DNA of 62,974 nucleotides, counting the filler, from Kipferlia bialata (lineage: Eukaryota): the NCBI GenBank assembly GCA_003568945.1. It is 7 parts of 7 records of this genome, joined end to end, with 100 filler letters (N's around TTAATTAATTAA, not from the genome) between each part and the next. Parts side by side here need not be neighbours in the genome. Positions count along the whole stretch, not along the records: positions 22,062 to 32,989 come from BDIP01001332.1; positions 33,090 to 44,009 come from BDIP01001333.1; 5 more parts are not named here. One strand, 5' to 3'. Both the position numbers and the translations under genes were made by a program. The notes under the pieces are model-generated. The model worked only from the letters and a program-made list of their open reading frames with translations. It was not told where the DNA came from and did not search any database. This document shows, piece after piece, positions 32,409 through 44,109 of this stretch (the stretch's first letter is position 1; every line of letters begins with the position of its first letter).

Positions 32409-32989
32409 GCATTGACAAGGGCCACATCACCTGGGTGTAAAAAATCCCCAGGGCATAAAAAGTATTCAGTGAGGGAGATAGCAAGGACGTCCAGAGTTTA
32501 GACATAGTCCATATATTTCCCATACTCTGACACCGGATATCATATTTGTTTTGTGTTTTCAGCTGTTCTCTCTCTCACACTCACACACTCTCCCCTTTCT
32601 TCTATCTAAGTGTTTATGTGTAAAGAGAGAGACACACATACCTGAGTGGTGCACTGGCTCCGGTGTGACTGGGTTGCGCTGGCATCTGAACTCAGAGAGG
32701 GCCTGGAATAAGGGGGTAGAGAGAGAGAGAAAGAGAGAGAGAGAGATGGCATCGGAACTCAGAGAGGGCCTAGAATAAGGGTCTAGAGATAGAGATAAAG
32801 CAATGCGTCTGATGGCAACTCTAGTTCATCTATCATCATTGATATTACTATACGTGTAGCATATATGTATCTCTCCCACCCTCTTGATCTAGTCTGACGC
32901 GTATAGCTATATAGTTATATACACATATATAAATACCTTCTTGATCTTGTCTGGCACGTATGGGTATGGGATGAGGCCGTAGCTATACT
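32030..32989 (-). CDS. Hypothetical protein fragment, probably a different gene from 29381-31911
   Basis: Exons YSYGLIPYPYVPDKIKK, ALSEFRCQRNPVTPEPVHHS, DVALVNAYYAAQRVSDLVAK, GMSIDLVCGLHL, the last running into a poly-C tract. Confidence 0.5.
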
Positions 32990-33089
32990 NNNNNNNNNNN
33001 NNNNNNNNNNNNNNNNNNNNNNNNNNNNNNNNNTTAATTAATTAANNNNNNNNNNNNNNNNNNNNNNNNNNNNNNNNNNNNNNNNNNNN

Positions 33090-36000
33090 CCCCGCTGGTG
33101 ACCGGGTTGCTGTACTGGTCGCCGATGTCAGCGGTCAGGGTGAGAGACTCCCCGGCAGGATGAGAGGTCAAACTGGTAGTTGTTCCGATCTCAGAATTAC
33201 TCCCGTCCTGTGCTGCTCCGTGTCCAACTGTGACAAGGGTTGCCACAGATGCATACTGGGTCCCAGATATACACAACTGCATGGTATAGTCATCGGTAGC
33301 TGTGACCTGAGAAGTCTCACCTCTGTACTCTAACGCTGCTACATCCCATAACAAAGCCACTGATGTCACTTCTACCATACTGCTGTCGAACACGCGCGCT
33401 TCTACATCGGACATGTCTCCAGATGGATCGTTGCAGGTATCGATGAGTTCACAGACAACTGATAAGGTATTATCAGGATCATGAGTCGACGGATAGGACG
33501 CAAAGGTGCTGTTGAGTACCGAAATGGGTGCACTCGTAACTAGGACAGTCCCAGATTCACTTATGGCTATGCCGTTCACGGCTAATTCGAGTGAGTATGC
33601 CCCTGCCACTGAAAACACAGTAGTGTGGGTATACTCCCCGGCAGATGTGTGTGTGAGGGTGTATGGACCACAGGAATCAGGCCCACTGGTAACAGAGACC
33701 ACTACTGAGGAGGCGTCAGTGACGGTCCCTCCAAAGTAGTCTGTCACATGCACTGTGAGTGTTCCTTCTGCGCACGCTTCGAGAGTGAGGTCCTCAACAT
33801 AAGTGCGAGACTCGGTCCCATCAGAATACGGAGCAGCAGAGTCCAGAAGTGTCACCTCTGTTTCTGTACATTCAATGGTAGATCCATTTACCTTGGTATT
33901 AGCAGTCTAACAATTGAAAACTTCACATTCTGAATTAAGAAACATTAAGATGTCTATATCAACTGTGATATCTTGAATGCGATTTCTGACAAAAATACTC
34001 ACCTCCATCATGACAAGTACAGTGCCCGGGTTGGAGAATAGGGGGTTACTGTCCAAGACCTCATACAGATAGGTGTCATCCGATACCTGAGCTAGATCTG
34101 ACGATCCAGTCTCAGTTGTGAGCCAACTGTCTTCCGACATCAGATACCGCACACTAGCCGAGGGGTCAGCAACGTCGGAGGAGTCTCTCACATGGAACTC
34201 CATGTTCCAGCTAGTGTTGGTGTATATGGATGGCCACCCGATCTGGTCCGAGTCGATGTAGCAGAAGGTTGGCTCACACGGCAGCACTGTGACTGCAATT
34301 GCAGTGCCAGGGAACAGCATTTGCTCGTCTTCCTCTATCTAGGGTGAATCCACAAATGTTTCTACCTCAATTCTTTGTGGTTTGTACTAAGATGCGTCAT
34401 GTGTATCACTAGACCCTTACCACAAATGCTAGGTACACCACACCGGCTGATGTGAACTCAGGCCAAGTTCCCAAGATGGAGCATCGGTACTGGGTGTCTT
34501 TGTCCTCCTCTTCTGTGGCATAGGTAGAGTACGACGTGAACGCCGCATCAGTGGAGACAGCTAGGTAAACTTCATAGCCCCCAGTCAAGTTCTTAGCCTC
34601 AGCTGTCCTTGGATACAGGTCAATGCTCCAGTCATTGCCCTTCACTACAGCATCAGGGTAACTTGGGTCGACCGACGCAAAGTAGCTGTTAATATCGCAA
34701 AAGTCGTCCTTTTCCAATACAGTGAGTGTGACTGCAGTATTGGATAGGGACACTCCGGCCACGTTGAGCACCAGAGAGTAGAGCCCAATTGTCCGGAACT
34801 CTTCCTCGACATCTTTGGCAGGGGTCGTAGTCGTGTAGTGCCCTGAGCCCTCATGGGTCATTGGTATAGAGAGTGACCCAGAGTGATCGTCAGGCACACT
34901 GGTGACTTCAATGTAAACTACACCACTAGTGACTGGGTTTCCATACTGATCAGCGACATCAGCGGTCAGAGTAAGATCGGTAGATGTTACGTGGGCGGTC
35001 AGATCGGTTCCCTCTATCAGTGAGTTCACTCCGTCGTGTGCCTCACCGACCCCAATTGTCAGCCACGCTGAGATCGAAGACCACTCTTCTCCGTCTACAG
35101 TAACAACGGCTATGTATGTTCCTGCTGTGTGGACATCAAGAGTCCCAAGGTGGTATCTGGACTCAGACTCATCCCAACTCAGATCAAGGGTAGTCTGTAA
35201 CTCATAACCAGCATTGTAAATGTTGACACCCACTCCAGTCTCACCAGCCACCCCGTTCCCACACGCGTCATTGATGTAAACAATCACATCCAAGACATCA
35301 TCTGGATCATGGAGTGCAGCAAACGACGCGATAGAGCTGTTGCCCTCGGACGGTGTTGACGCAGTCACTGTGGCAGAGGTGGTCACACCCATGTCCTCCC
35401 CATTGACTGCCAGACCCAGGGTGTAGATGCCCTCGACAGCAAACTCTGTGGCAAGGGTGGATGTCGTGTACTCACCGTCAGTCGTGTGCATGAGGGTGTA
35501 GGGGCCTTCTATTACAGGGCCGCTGTCTACAGACACGAGGACCGAGGCAGCATCAGAGATGGCCCCTCCGTGGTAGTCGGTGACATGGACAGTGAGTGTG
35601 GCCGAAGAACATGCAGCAAAGGAGAGTGCCTCAATGTATGAACGCGATGTCGATCTGTCAGCATAGGGGTCAGCGGGGTCAGGCAAGACCGTCAGGGCGA
35701 AGACGGAGTCCATATACACAACTGTGGCGGAGTTGCTCACCTGGTATATGAGGCACAATACTAGGCCTAGTAGTAGAATCAAAACTCCAAATGGAGCAGA
35801 GATACCCATGTGTATATACGCACTCACCCTGAATGCCAGGTACACCACACCAGCTGTTGCAAACTCGGGCCAAGTTCCTTGGATAGCACACCGGTACTGC
35901 TCTTTCTCTATCACCTCCGAAGTTGTGTAGGTGGCGTATGAGGCGAACGTCGGATCGATGGAGACTGCCAGGGTCAATACCTCTACAAACTGATCAGGAT

Positions 36001-37021
36001 CACCTACGCTGTCAGTACCACCAGTGACACTATATCAATGAGACACAGGAATTACTAAGCCCCATCGCTATATGCTATTCACTCTCTATACATCACTTCC
36101 ATCACAACTACCGAGAATAGCTGTTCTAGTGTTCGGTATAGAGTACCTTTGTTGGACACAGTGTACATGTCCAGATCCCAGTCAGTCCCTTTAAAGATGG
36201 CGTCAGGGAAGGAGCTGTCCTCTGAAGCAAAGTAGCTGTTAGCCCCGTTGAGATCATCGTCCTCTGTATCATCTGTGGAGTCTCCCTTCACCCGGACCCC
36301 CTCCATGACAACTCCATACACAGGCACAGGTGGGAGGGTCTCGTCAGCGGGATGACTGTCAGACATAGCAAGAGTGGTCGTGGTACTCTCATAGGAGACA
36401 CCGTCAACCTGCCATATTAGATATGTGTAACGGTACTGAGAAGAACATGTTGACTATGTTCACTCGCACAATACAATAACGTTTCATACAATAATAGCTG
36501 TAGTGTCGTAGTTTGCCCCACAAACGTTCGAACGTTTTGTTCTCTACAGTCACTTCTGTTCGGCATCTGTAAAGAGTAACTGTTGACCCTCCAGTGCTGT
36601 AGACTCGACCCACCTTCATCCTCAGACTCAGACCAGACCCATCAGGCACACATGGAAGTGGGGGAAGAGAACACCGGTAGACGTCATGGCCAACATATGT
36701 GCACCCCGTCTCACCTTGGGAGAGTCCCCAGCCTGTGGAGTACTGCACATACACTTCAGAGTGAGGCATGCCGTAACCATCGGTGTCTCGGATATGCAGG
36801 AGTATCTCACACACAGTGTCCCAAGCAGGTTGAGTGGACCACTCAAAGAAGCTGTGGGAGCTGCTAAATACGCATACCCCCACTGGCACTTCAACATCCC
36901 CTTGCAGAAAGGTGGCGTCCCATTTGTGCGAGGATGTGTTGGAGGAGGCCGACACAGTGCTGAGAGAGTAGATCAGTAGCAGAACTGCCAGCAGTCTCAC
37001 AATGAGGTGTCCCGTCCCCAT
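33090..37021 (-). CDS. Large secreted/surface protein with tandem Ig-like (filamin/Big-type) repeats, 3' end off contig
   Basis: Signal-peptide-like MGTGHLIVRLLAVLLLIYSLSTVSA; repeated acidic S/T-rich beta modules (TLTVHVTDYxGG...GPYTLxHT..GEYT; LTLTADxxDQYxNPVTSG; NSYFAS...PDA..KG.DW). Confidence 0.8.
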
Positions 37022-37434
37022 GTATCTGAGAATAGACTCCCCGCCGATGCCTGTTCTGTAGTCACACAACAACAGAAGCATCGTTGGTAGAGAGACAAGC
37101 AGACCCACTGTTGTGTCGTTTGGCAATGTGTACTGAGGGTATCTTTGTCCTTCCAGTCTAACAAACGGTTTCTGCAGTTGCGAGTTAACTTCACAGTTGT
37201 CTCCCAGTCTCAAGTTGAGACTCTTAATTTGACACCGTAGTGCCAATCAGAGTATTCTGTAGAGAGTAGAGCCATATACACTGCCAGTATTACAGTCTGG
37301 GAGGGAACATGATGTCTGGAGTACTATATGCGGTATGCACAATATATTCTAATCACAGTGCCGGAGGCGTCACCGAAATAGTAGGCCTCGAAACAATACA
37401 ATCACAGAAATAGAATGGATTCAGGCTGGATTTG

Positions 37435-39026
37435 CTATCGGTATGTGTCCAACCAAGAAAGTGATCCTTTCCAATACCGAATATCCACCGACATTATTGG
37501 CAAGCGATTGAGTCTGTCCTCTCTCCATCACCTGAATCCATCTCTCCACCTCTATCTTCCCCGGCCCCCTGTTCCAATGTGAACAGAGCAGTGATGGGCC
37601 TCAAGCAGGTGACATGGGCTGCAAACCTACGTGTCACACATCGGTCTATATCTATGGTACCAAGAGATTATGCTACACTAGATATACCAATATAAATGTA
37701 TATATATACATACATATATATATATACACACACACACACACATACATATATACCTATGAGGAGGGTGTCTGAGTGACCCGATGGCACTGGCTACGGCCAA
37801 TAGCCAGTCGGGGGTCAGACAGTAGTCGACAGCTAGGGGTCAGGGGAGTCACATCCTGATAGATACTCACACACTATTATCTCCTCGGGGCACTGCACGA
37901 CACCTGTTCGATATTACTAGGCTGACGCTAGGCTAACACTTACCTTCTGCAAAAACAGTAAACAGGAAAAGGGACAGCTGAACGAGCACAAACCACTGGA
38001 ATATGACCCAGGCGTCCTTTGTTTTGCCCCACAGCAGTATGGTGTCCGCCTGCCATCTGGAGGTGAGGAGACACATGTATAGCTGGGGAGACACATGTAT
38101 ATATATGAGGAGACACATGTATATGTGAGTAGTTGTATGTATATATGAGTAGTCATATGTATATATGAGGGGACACATGTACATATGAGAAGACACATGT
38201 ATATATGAGTAGTCTTATGTCTAGGTGGTGGGGTAAGCTACTATCTGAGCGACACGTACCTCAGAAGCCAGGCTGAGGGGGCTGTGATCAGTTTCTCCAG
38301 ACAGAAGACACTGCAGCTGACGGCGCTGAGTCTCCTCCAGTAGAGAGCGGCCTGAGCACGCCGGGCCCCCTGGGTCTGAGGGTGAGGACTACAACTACGG
38401 ACATACCCTTGTAGAATCGTATTCCCTAGATACCCATAGGACAACAGAGGCCACAGTGCTTATGTTTTGTAATCACATCAACCCTACATACCCTACTGGA
38501 GCACTCGTAGTACTTAAGGGCCCATCTGATCAGGATAAACGTCATCCCCGAATAGAAATAGTTTTGAGCTGTGGTAAGGGGCTGTGAGGTTGAACATAGA
38601 GGTGATACACACACAGAGAGAGGTTGGATCAAGCCATGTCTTAGGTAGAGCCACCTGGAGTACAGAATGTGCATGACGGGTCGACCCCCCCGGTACTGTC
38701 TGTATAGATAGCAGTCCAGGTACGGTCCATGAACGCAAACAGTCCCACCCCAAGTGTTAGATTCGCCACAGCGAGAATGGAACAGAGACGCAACACAGAC
38801 CTACGACCCTGAGAGTCAACGAGAGGAAGATGATTGATGAGGGACGAACATGTACGTGAGACTGACACCTTGAGCACGCCCACCTTGTCTGTCACTAGTC
38901 CCCCTGACCCTACACCTGACCCTACCCCTCCAGTCCCAGTCACAGAGGCCAGCCACACGCCCACCGCAGCACCCTCTAGCAGGTAGGACATATGGGGGAA
39001 CACAGCAAAGTAGATGCCAGCGATCC
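37435..39026 (-). CDS. Multi-pass membrane protein, 3' exons
   Basis: Hydrophobic exons (IAGIYFAVFPHMSYLLEGAAVGVWLASV; LCSILAVANLTLGVGLFAF; AWVIFQWFVLVQLSLFLFTVF), probable stop at 37435-37437. Confidence 0.55.
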
Positions 39027-39122
39027 TGGAGTGAGAAAGTTGAAACCGCCCAGGCATAGAGTCGGGTATACATGTGTGTGTGTGAGTGGGGGGGGGGGGG
39101 GGGGGGGGGGGGTGGCCAGTAC

Positions 39123-39231
39123 CTCTCAATCTCCTTCAGGTTGTCGGTCCCAAACGTCCTGGGGCCTACGTCCTCCAGCTTCTGCAGGTGGGACAGAGCC
39201 CTCTCCTCGCTGAAGGAGGCGTCATAGTTCC
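39123..39231 (-). CDS. M28 metallopeptidase (ERMP1-like) N-terminal exon
   Basis: NYDASFSEERALSHLQKLEDVGPRTFGTDNLKEIE matches the F-S-E-E-R-A..HL..L..IGPR..G pattern at the start of ER metallopeptidase M28 domains. Confidence 0.75.
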
Positions 39232-39982
39232 CTAGGGTAAGGTAGGGGTCAGTGGTCAACAAAGAGTGAAGGCAAGGGGGGGGGGGGGGGGAGGGGGGGG
39301 GGGGGGGGGGGGGCTGAAGAGGGGGGTCNNNNNNNNNNNNNNNNNNNNNNNNNNNNNNNNNNNNNNNNNNNNNNNNNNNNNNNNNNNNNNNNNNNNNNNN
39401 NNNNNNNNNNNNNNNNNNNNNNNNNNNNNNNNNNNNNNNNNNNNNNNNNNNNNNNNNNNNNNNNNNNNNNNNNNNNNNNNNNNNNNNNNNNNNNNNNNNN
39501 NNNNNNNNNNNNNNNNNNNNNNNNNNNNNNNNNNNNNNNNNNNNNNNNNNNNNNNNNNNNNNNNNNNNNNNNNNNNNNNNNNNNNNNNNNNNNNNNNNNN
39601 NNNNNNNNNNNNNNNNNNNNNNNNNNNNNNNNNNNNNNNNNNNNNNNNNNNNNNNNNNNNNNNNNNNNNNNNNNNNNNTTGCCCCTAGCTCTAAGTAGTT
39701 ATCGTCTCCCCCCCCCTCCACACACGTTTCCGTCTCTCTCTGTCTCTCTTTACTTGAAGCCTCACCCACAGGTCCTCAGTGTCCTGCACCCACACAGACA
39801 CATATATTCTTATATATTTATAAATGAATACTATATATATTGTTGGGTGATGGGTGTGTGTACGGGTATCAATACATGATGTATTATCTTACCCGTGAGG
39901 TCCGGCATTCATATATAAATATATATTCAAATATGGATGTGATATATACAATAGTACTTGTATTGTATCATCTTACCCTTAG

Positions 39983-40310
39983 GTCCTTACCACCCTCCGA
40001 CACGACAACGACAACATGCGTGCACTGCTGGAGGGCTGGATGGCAGAGCAGGTATGGATATGGTATATATATACTATTATATCACACACATATATATATA
40101 TATATATATATTATATTTATTTATATTTAGATAGATATAAATATAGTATACATACACCTGTGTGCACTGCTGGAGGGCTGGATGGCAGAGCAGGTATACT
40201 ATGAATACTAATGATGTATACTCTATTATATATGTATTATACATATTGTGTATAATGTACATGTATATACCTGCGTGCACTGCTGGAGGGCTGGATGGCA
40301 GAGCAGGTAT

Positions 40311-40357
<47 letters not shown>

Positions 40358-43300
40358 CATATGTATATGTAGATTGATATAGATATAGATAGATTGATTG
40401 ATGGAGGGCTGGATGGCAGAGCAGGTATAGAGTGCTCATTAGATATACACTACTATATGTATAAAAATAGATATAGATATATAGATCTGTAGATCTGTAG
40501 ATAGATCGATAGATAGATAGTATACATGTATCTACGTGCACTGCTGGAGGGCTGGATGGCAGAGCAGGTATGGATGTATATGTATATATTAATATATATC
40601 TATATATACCTATATATATCTATATATATAGATAAATATAGATATAGATTGATTGATTGATGGAGGGCTGGATGGCAGAGCAGGTATACTATGAATACTA
40701 ATGAGTTGGACGGTAGAGAGCAGATATGTATATAGTATTACTTCTTACACATATATTGTGTGCATAACCTCTCTCTCTACATATCTATGTACATACTGAG
40801 TATCAGCACCATATGTATATATACATACTCCTGATATGTTATGTTTTGAGTGGTATGATATTTTATGCATACTATATACCATGTCTACCTGTATACTATA
40901 CGTCATTCTTATATATGTGTATATGTATATATAGTATCCTAAATGAATATATCTATAATAATCTCTATAGAGTATATAGTCTCTACTCCATATACCTCCT
41001 CTCTATTTCTCTCTCTCTCACTATCCCTCACTTCAATTCCCTCTCACCACTAGGGTGACGTGAACTCTGCCGTTGCCCAGGAGATCCTGGCCCTGCGGCA
41101 GTGTATGAGCAGTGTTAAGGGAGACCTCCAGTACCTGCAGGACAGCACCAACAGGTTGGGTCACAGTATGATATACTATATATGATATATATGATATACA
41201 TATGCTTCTTATAGTGCACAGTAAAGTAGGAGGGTGGTTGTTGATTATTGATATTGGAAGGCATGTGATAAGGGGAATGACCTGTGTTTGAGTTTGTGTG
41301 TGTGAGGGGGGGGGTATGTCTATATCAGCATTAATTGTTATGGTAGAGACTATAGCTTATATTTAGTCTGTGTCCTCACCCCAGGTGCATAGACGACATC
41401 GACACCCTGCAGAGAGGCATGTCTACCCTCCTTCACGGGTACTCAGCTGAGATGGAGACCCTGCCCCCTGATGTGTGCAAGCTGGTGGCCAGGTGCCTCC
41501 TGCAGGAGCAGTGCCTGAGGAGTGAGTTTGGTGCCCACTTCCGCACTGACTTCTATGTCCCCATCCGCACTCTGGCTGACCTCGAGAGCGACTACCTCCG
41601 GCAGCTGCGTGCCGGGGCAGCTAGACACCCCCTGCTTGTGATGCTGGCTGACATGGGCATGGGCAAGACATGGAGTGCCGCCCACCTCGCCCTCTCCTGC
41701 TGCCAGGAGGACAGCCGGCACAACGTGGTGCCCTTCTTTGTGCTACTGAGGGGGGGACTGGAGAGTGCCATGACAGCATACTTCAGCAAGGCCCACCCCT
41801 CAGAGGTCGCTGAGAGGTGCCGCAGCCTGCACAGGAGTGGCAAGACTGCCCTGCTGGTACTGGATGGCCTAGATGAGATGGGAGACAGGGACACGAGGGA
41901 TGCGGTGGTGTGGATCACACAGTTCCTACAGGTGAGTACCGCGGTCGAACTGATACTAGCTATTTACCTAATCCATTATACAATGAGCAATCATCTTTAC
42001 CCTCTAACACTAGGCTGTGCGTGGTGAGGCGCTCCTCTTTGTGTCGTGCCGTGGCTCTGTGTGGGGGCTCAGCCCTGCGGTGTCAGGAGCCAGGGTGACC
42101 CTTGAGGACTACATGTACAGGACAGGGACCGAAACAGGCCACCTTGACTGCTCCATCGAGCTCACCCACCTCTCCCCCACCGAGCAGAGAGCTGCTCTAG
42201 TCACGTATGGCCTGGGCGATGTGAGCCTCCCCCCCTCTCTCCTTGAGATGTGTCGCAAGCCCTTCCTGCTCAGGCTGGTGGCTGAGTACGTGGAGTCTAC
42301 TGGCGTGGTGCCTGACCCCAGTGACGTCAGGTCCTTCATGCCAGTCTTCTACGACCCCACATACGCATCTAGGGACACTGTCCTATATAGGATGGGCCTC
42401 AACCAGGTAAGACTATACTGTACCCAGTTCTATACACTTCTGGGTTAATATGTCCTCTGACCCCAGCTGAGAGTCAAGCGCTACTTGGTACCCTTCCTGA
42501 CACAGCTGGGGAGTGCTGCTGGGAGTATAGTGGAGACCGCCCTCCCCACTGCCTGGATCCATGATATGCACTGGGCAGGAGTCACATCCTGTGGACTGAT
42601 TGATGTGAGAGAGGGCTTTGCCTGTAACGAGCTAGGCATTGTGCATGTCTACCAGCCCTTTGTGCAACATATGATGGATGTTCATGGGATAGGGGATGGG
42701 AGCACCGATATTGTGAAGGGGACTGCCTACAGTTGGCTGCCTTCACTGACACAGAGCGAGGTTGAGGAGAGGGAGAGGGAGAGGGAGAGGGAGAGGGAGA
42801 GAGAGGAGGCAGCTCTGCTAGAGAGACAGAGAGAGGCAGCTCGTGTCTACGCTAAGAAAGAGGCTCGTCTCCAGTCGGAGAGAGCGAGAGTGGCCCGTCT
42901 TAGTGCGGAAAGGCGGGAGAGAGAGCTCCAGCAGAAGAAAGAGAGAGACAGAGAGCAGGAGAAGAGGGAGAGAGTTGAGAGGGAGCAGCAAGAGAAGAGA
43001 GAGAGAGAGGAGAGGGAGCGTGAGGCGGCACTTCTGACGAGGCAGAGGAGGGCAGAAGCAGAGAGACAGCAGAGAGAGAGGGAAGCAGAGAGGAAGAGGC
43101 AGGCCGCACAGGCCAGTGCAGACAAGGCGAAGAGAGGGGCACACTCACAACTTTCTGTACGTGTGTGTTTCCTTCCTATTCTCGTCACCCCTCCCCACCC
43201 CCCACGTCTTGGTGGAGACTCTCTCTCGCATTTACAGTGTAAATCATCATTGCTCTGTTATATCTATGACAATGTTTTAGTTGTATGCTTACTCAGGTGC

Positions 43301-44009
43301 TCGAGGACCTCCAGCAGTACACTTGGGGTCAGAGAGTGATATACTGCATTGAGAACAGAAAGAAATCGGTACGTTATGCATGTATACTGAAATAGAAATG
43401 AATATAAATGATTACATTTTGCATTAATATGAAATAGAATTGATTTGAGAATAGAGCAGCAAAGGTACATTTTGCATGTACTGGCGGCGTGGTTGTTACG
43501 CAATTGGCTTACATACTTCGTACATGGGACCATTGTTTAACCCCATACATTCTAGTTTCAAGTATAGTTGTTGATTCTTTTGGTTGTGTTTGATTCTTCT
43601 AAGAATACCTCCAGCTTCTCATTATTGTCAAGTATAGTTCTCTTTCAGACTCAACCTCGTATAGTCATTTACATATTCATATACTCACAATTCTTAACAC
43701 TACTCTATGCATGTACTAGAACAAGTATAGTATATTGTGTAATGGAAGCATGATCGCATGTTATCTAGTTTCATTGTCACTCGATTGTTTCAGTCCATCG
43801 TGTCACTGTATTCATAGTACTTCCACTCGTACAACTCTTCTAATCTCGCTGTTTCTTTACCCCAACCACATGTGAATCGAGATACTTTTGATAAATTGCA
43901 CACAATATTGCTTCTTCTCATGTATTCACCCAGCTGGACCTTCGTTTCCAGATGATTGGCCCCGACGGTGCCAGGGCCCTTGCCCAGGCCCTGCCCTCTC
44001 TGACCAGTC
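39983..44009 (+). CDS. NLR-like protein: coiled coil - NACHT NTPase - charged helix - LRR (both ends missing)
   Basis: Walker A ADMGMGKT (41647-41670), Walker B LLVLDGLDE (41851-41877), sensor-1 FVSCR, IELTHLSPTEQ, MCRKPFLLRLVA; E/R-rich helix 42760-43140; exon 43934-44009 LDLRFQMIGPDGARALAQALPSLTS is an RI-type LRR. Confidence 0.85.
40021..40690 (+). repeat. Exon-echo array: TGCACTGCTGGAGGGCTGGATGGCAGAGCAG|GTAT, true exon end plus five copies
   Basis: Copies near 40021 (true exon), 40163, 40277, 40402, 40537 and 40661, separated by (TA)n-rich spacers. Confidence 0.9.
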
Positions 44010-44109
44010 NNNNNNNNNNNNNNNNNNNNNNNNNNNNNNNNNNNNNNNNNNNNTTAATTAATTAANNNNNNNNNNNNNNNNNNNNNNNNNNNNNNNNNNN
44101 NNNNNNNNN

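Noticed and set aside
40021..40690. CRISPR array (also 53732-54082, 17370-17640)
   Set aside because: Repeats are exon ends with splice sites, non-palindromic and variably truncated; spacers are TA microsatellite; no cas genes; eukaryotic context
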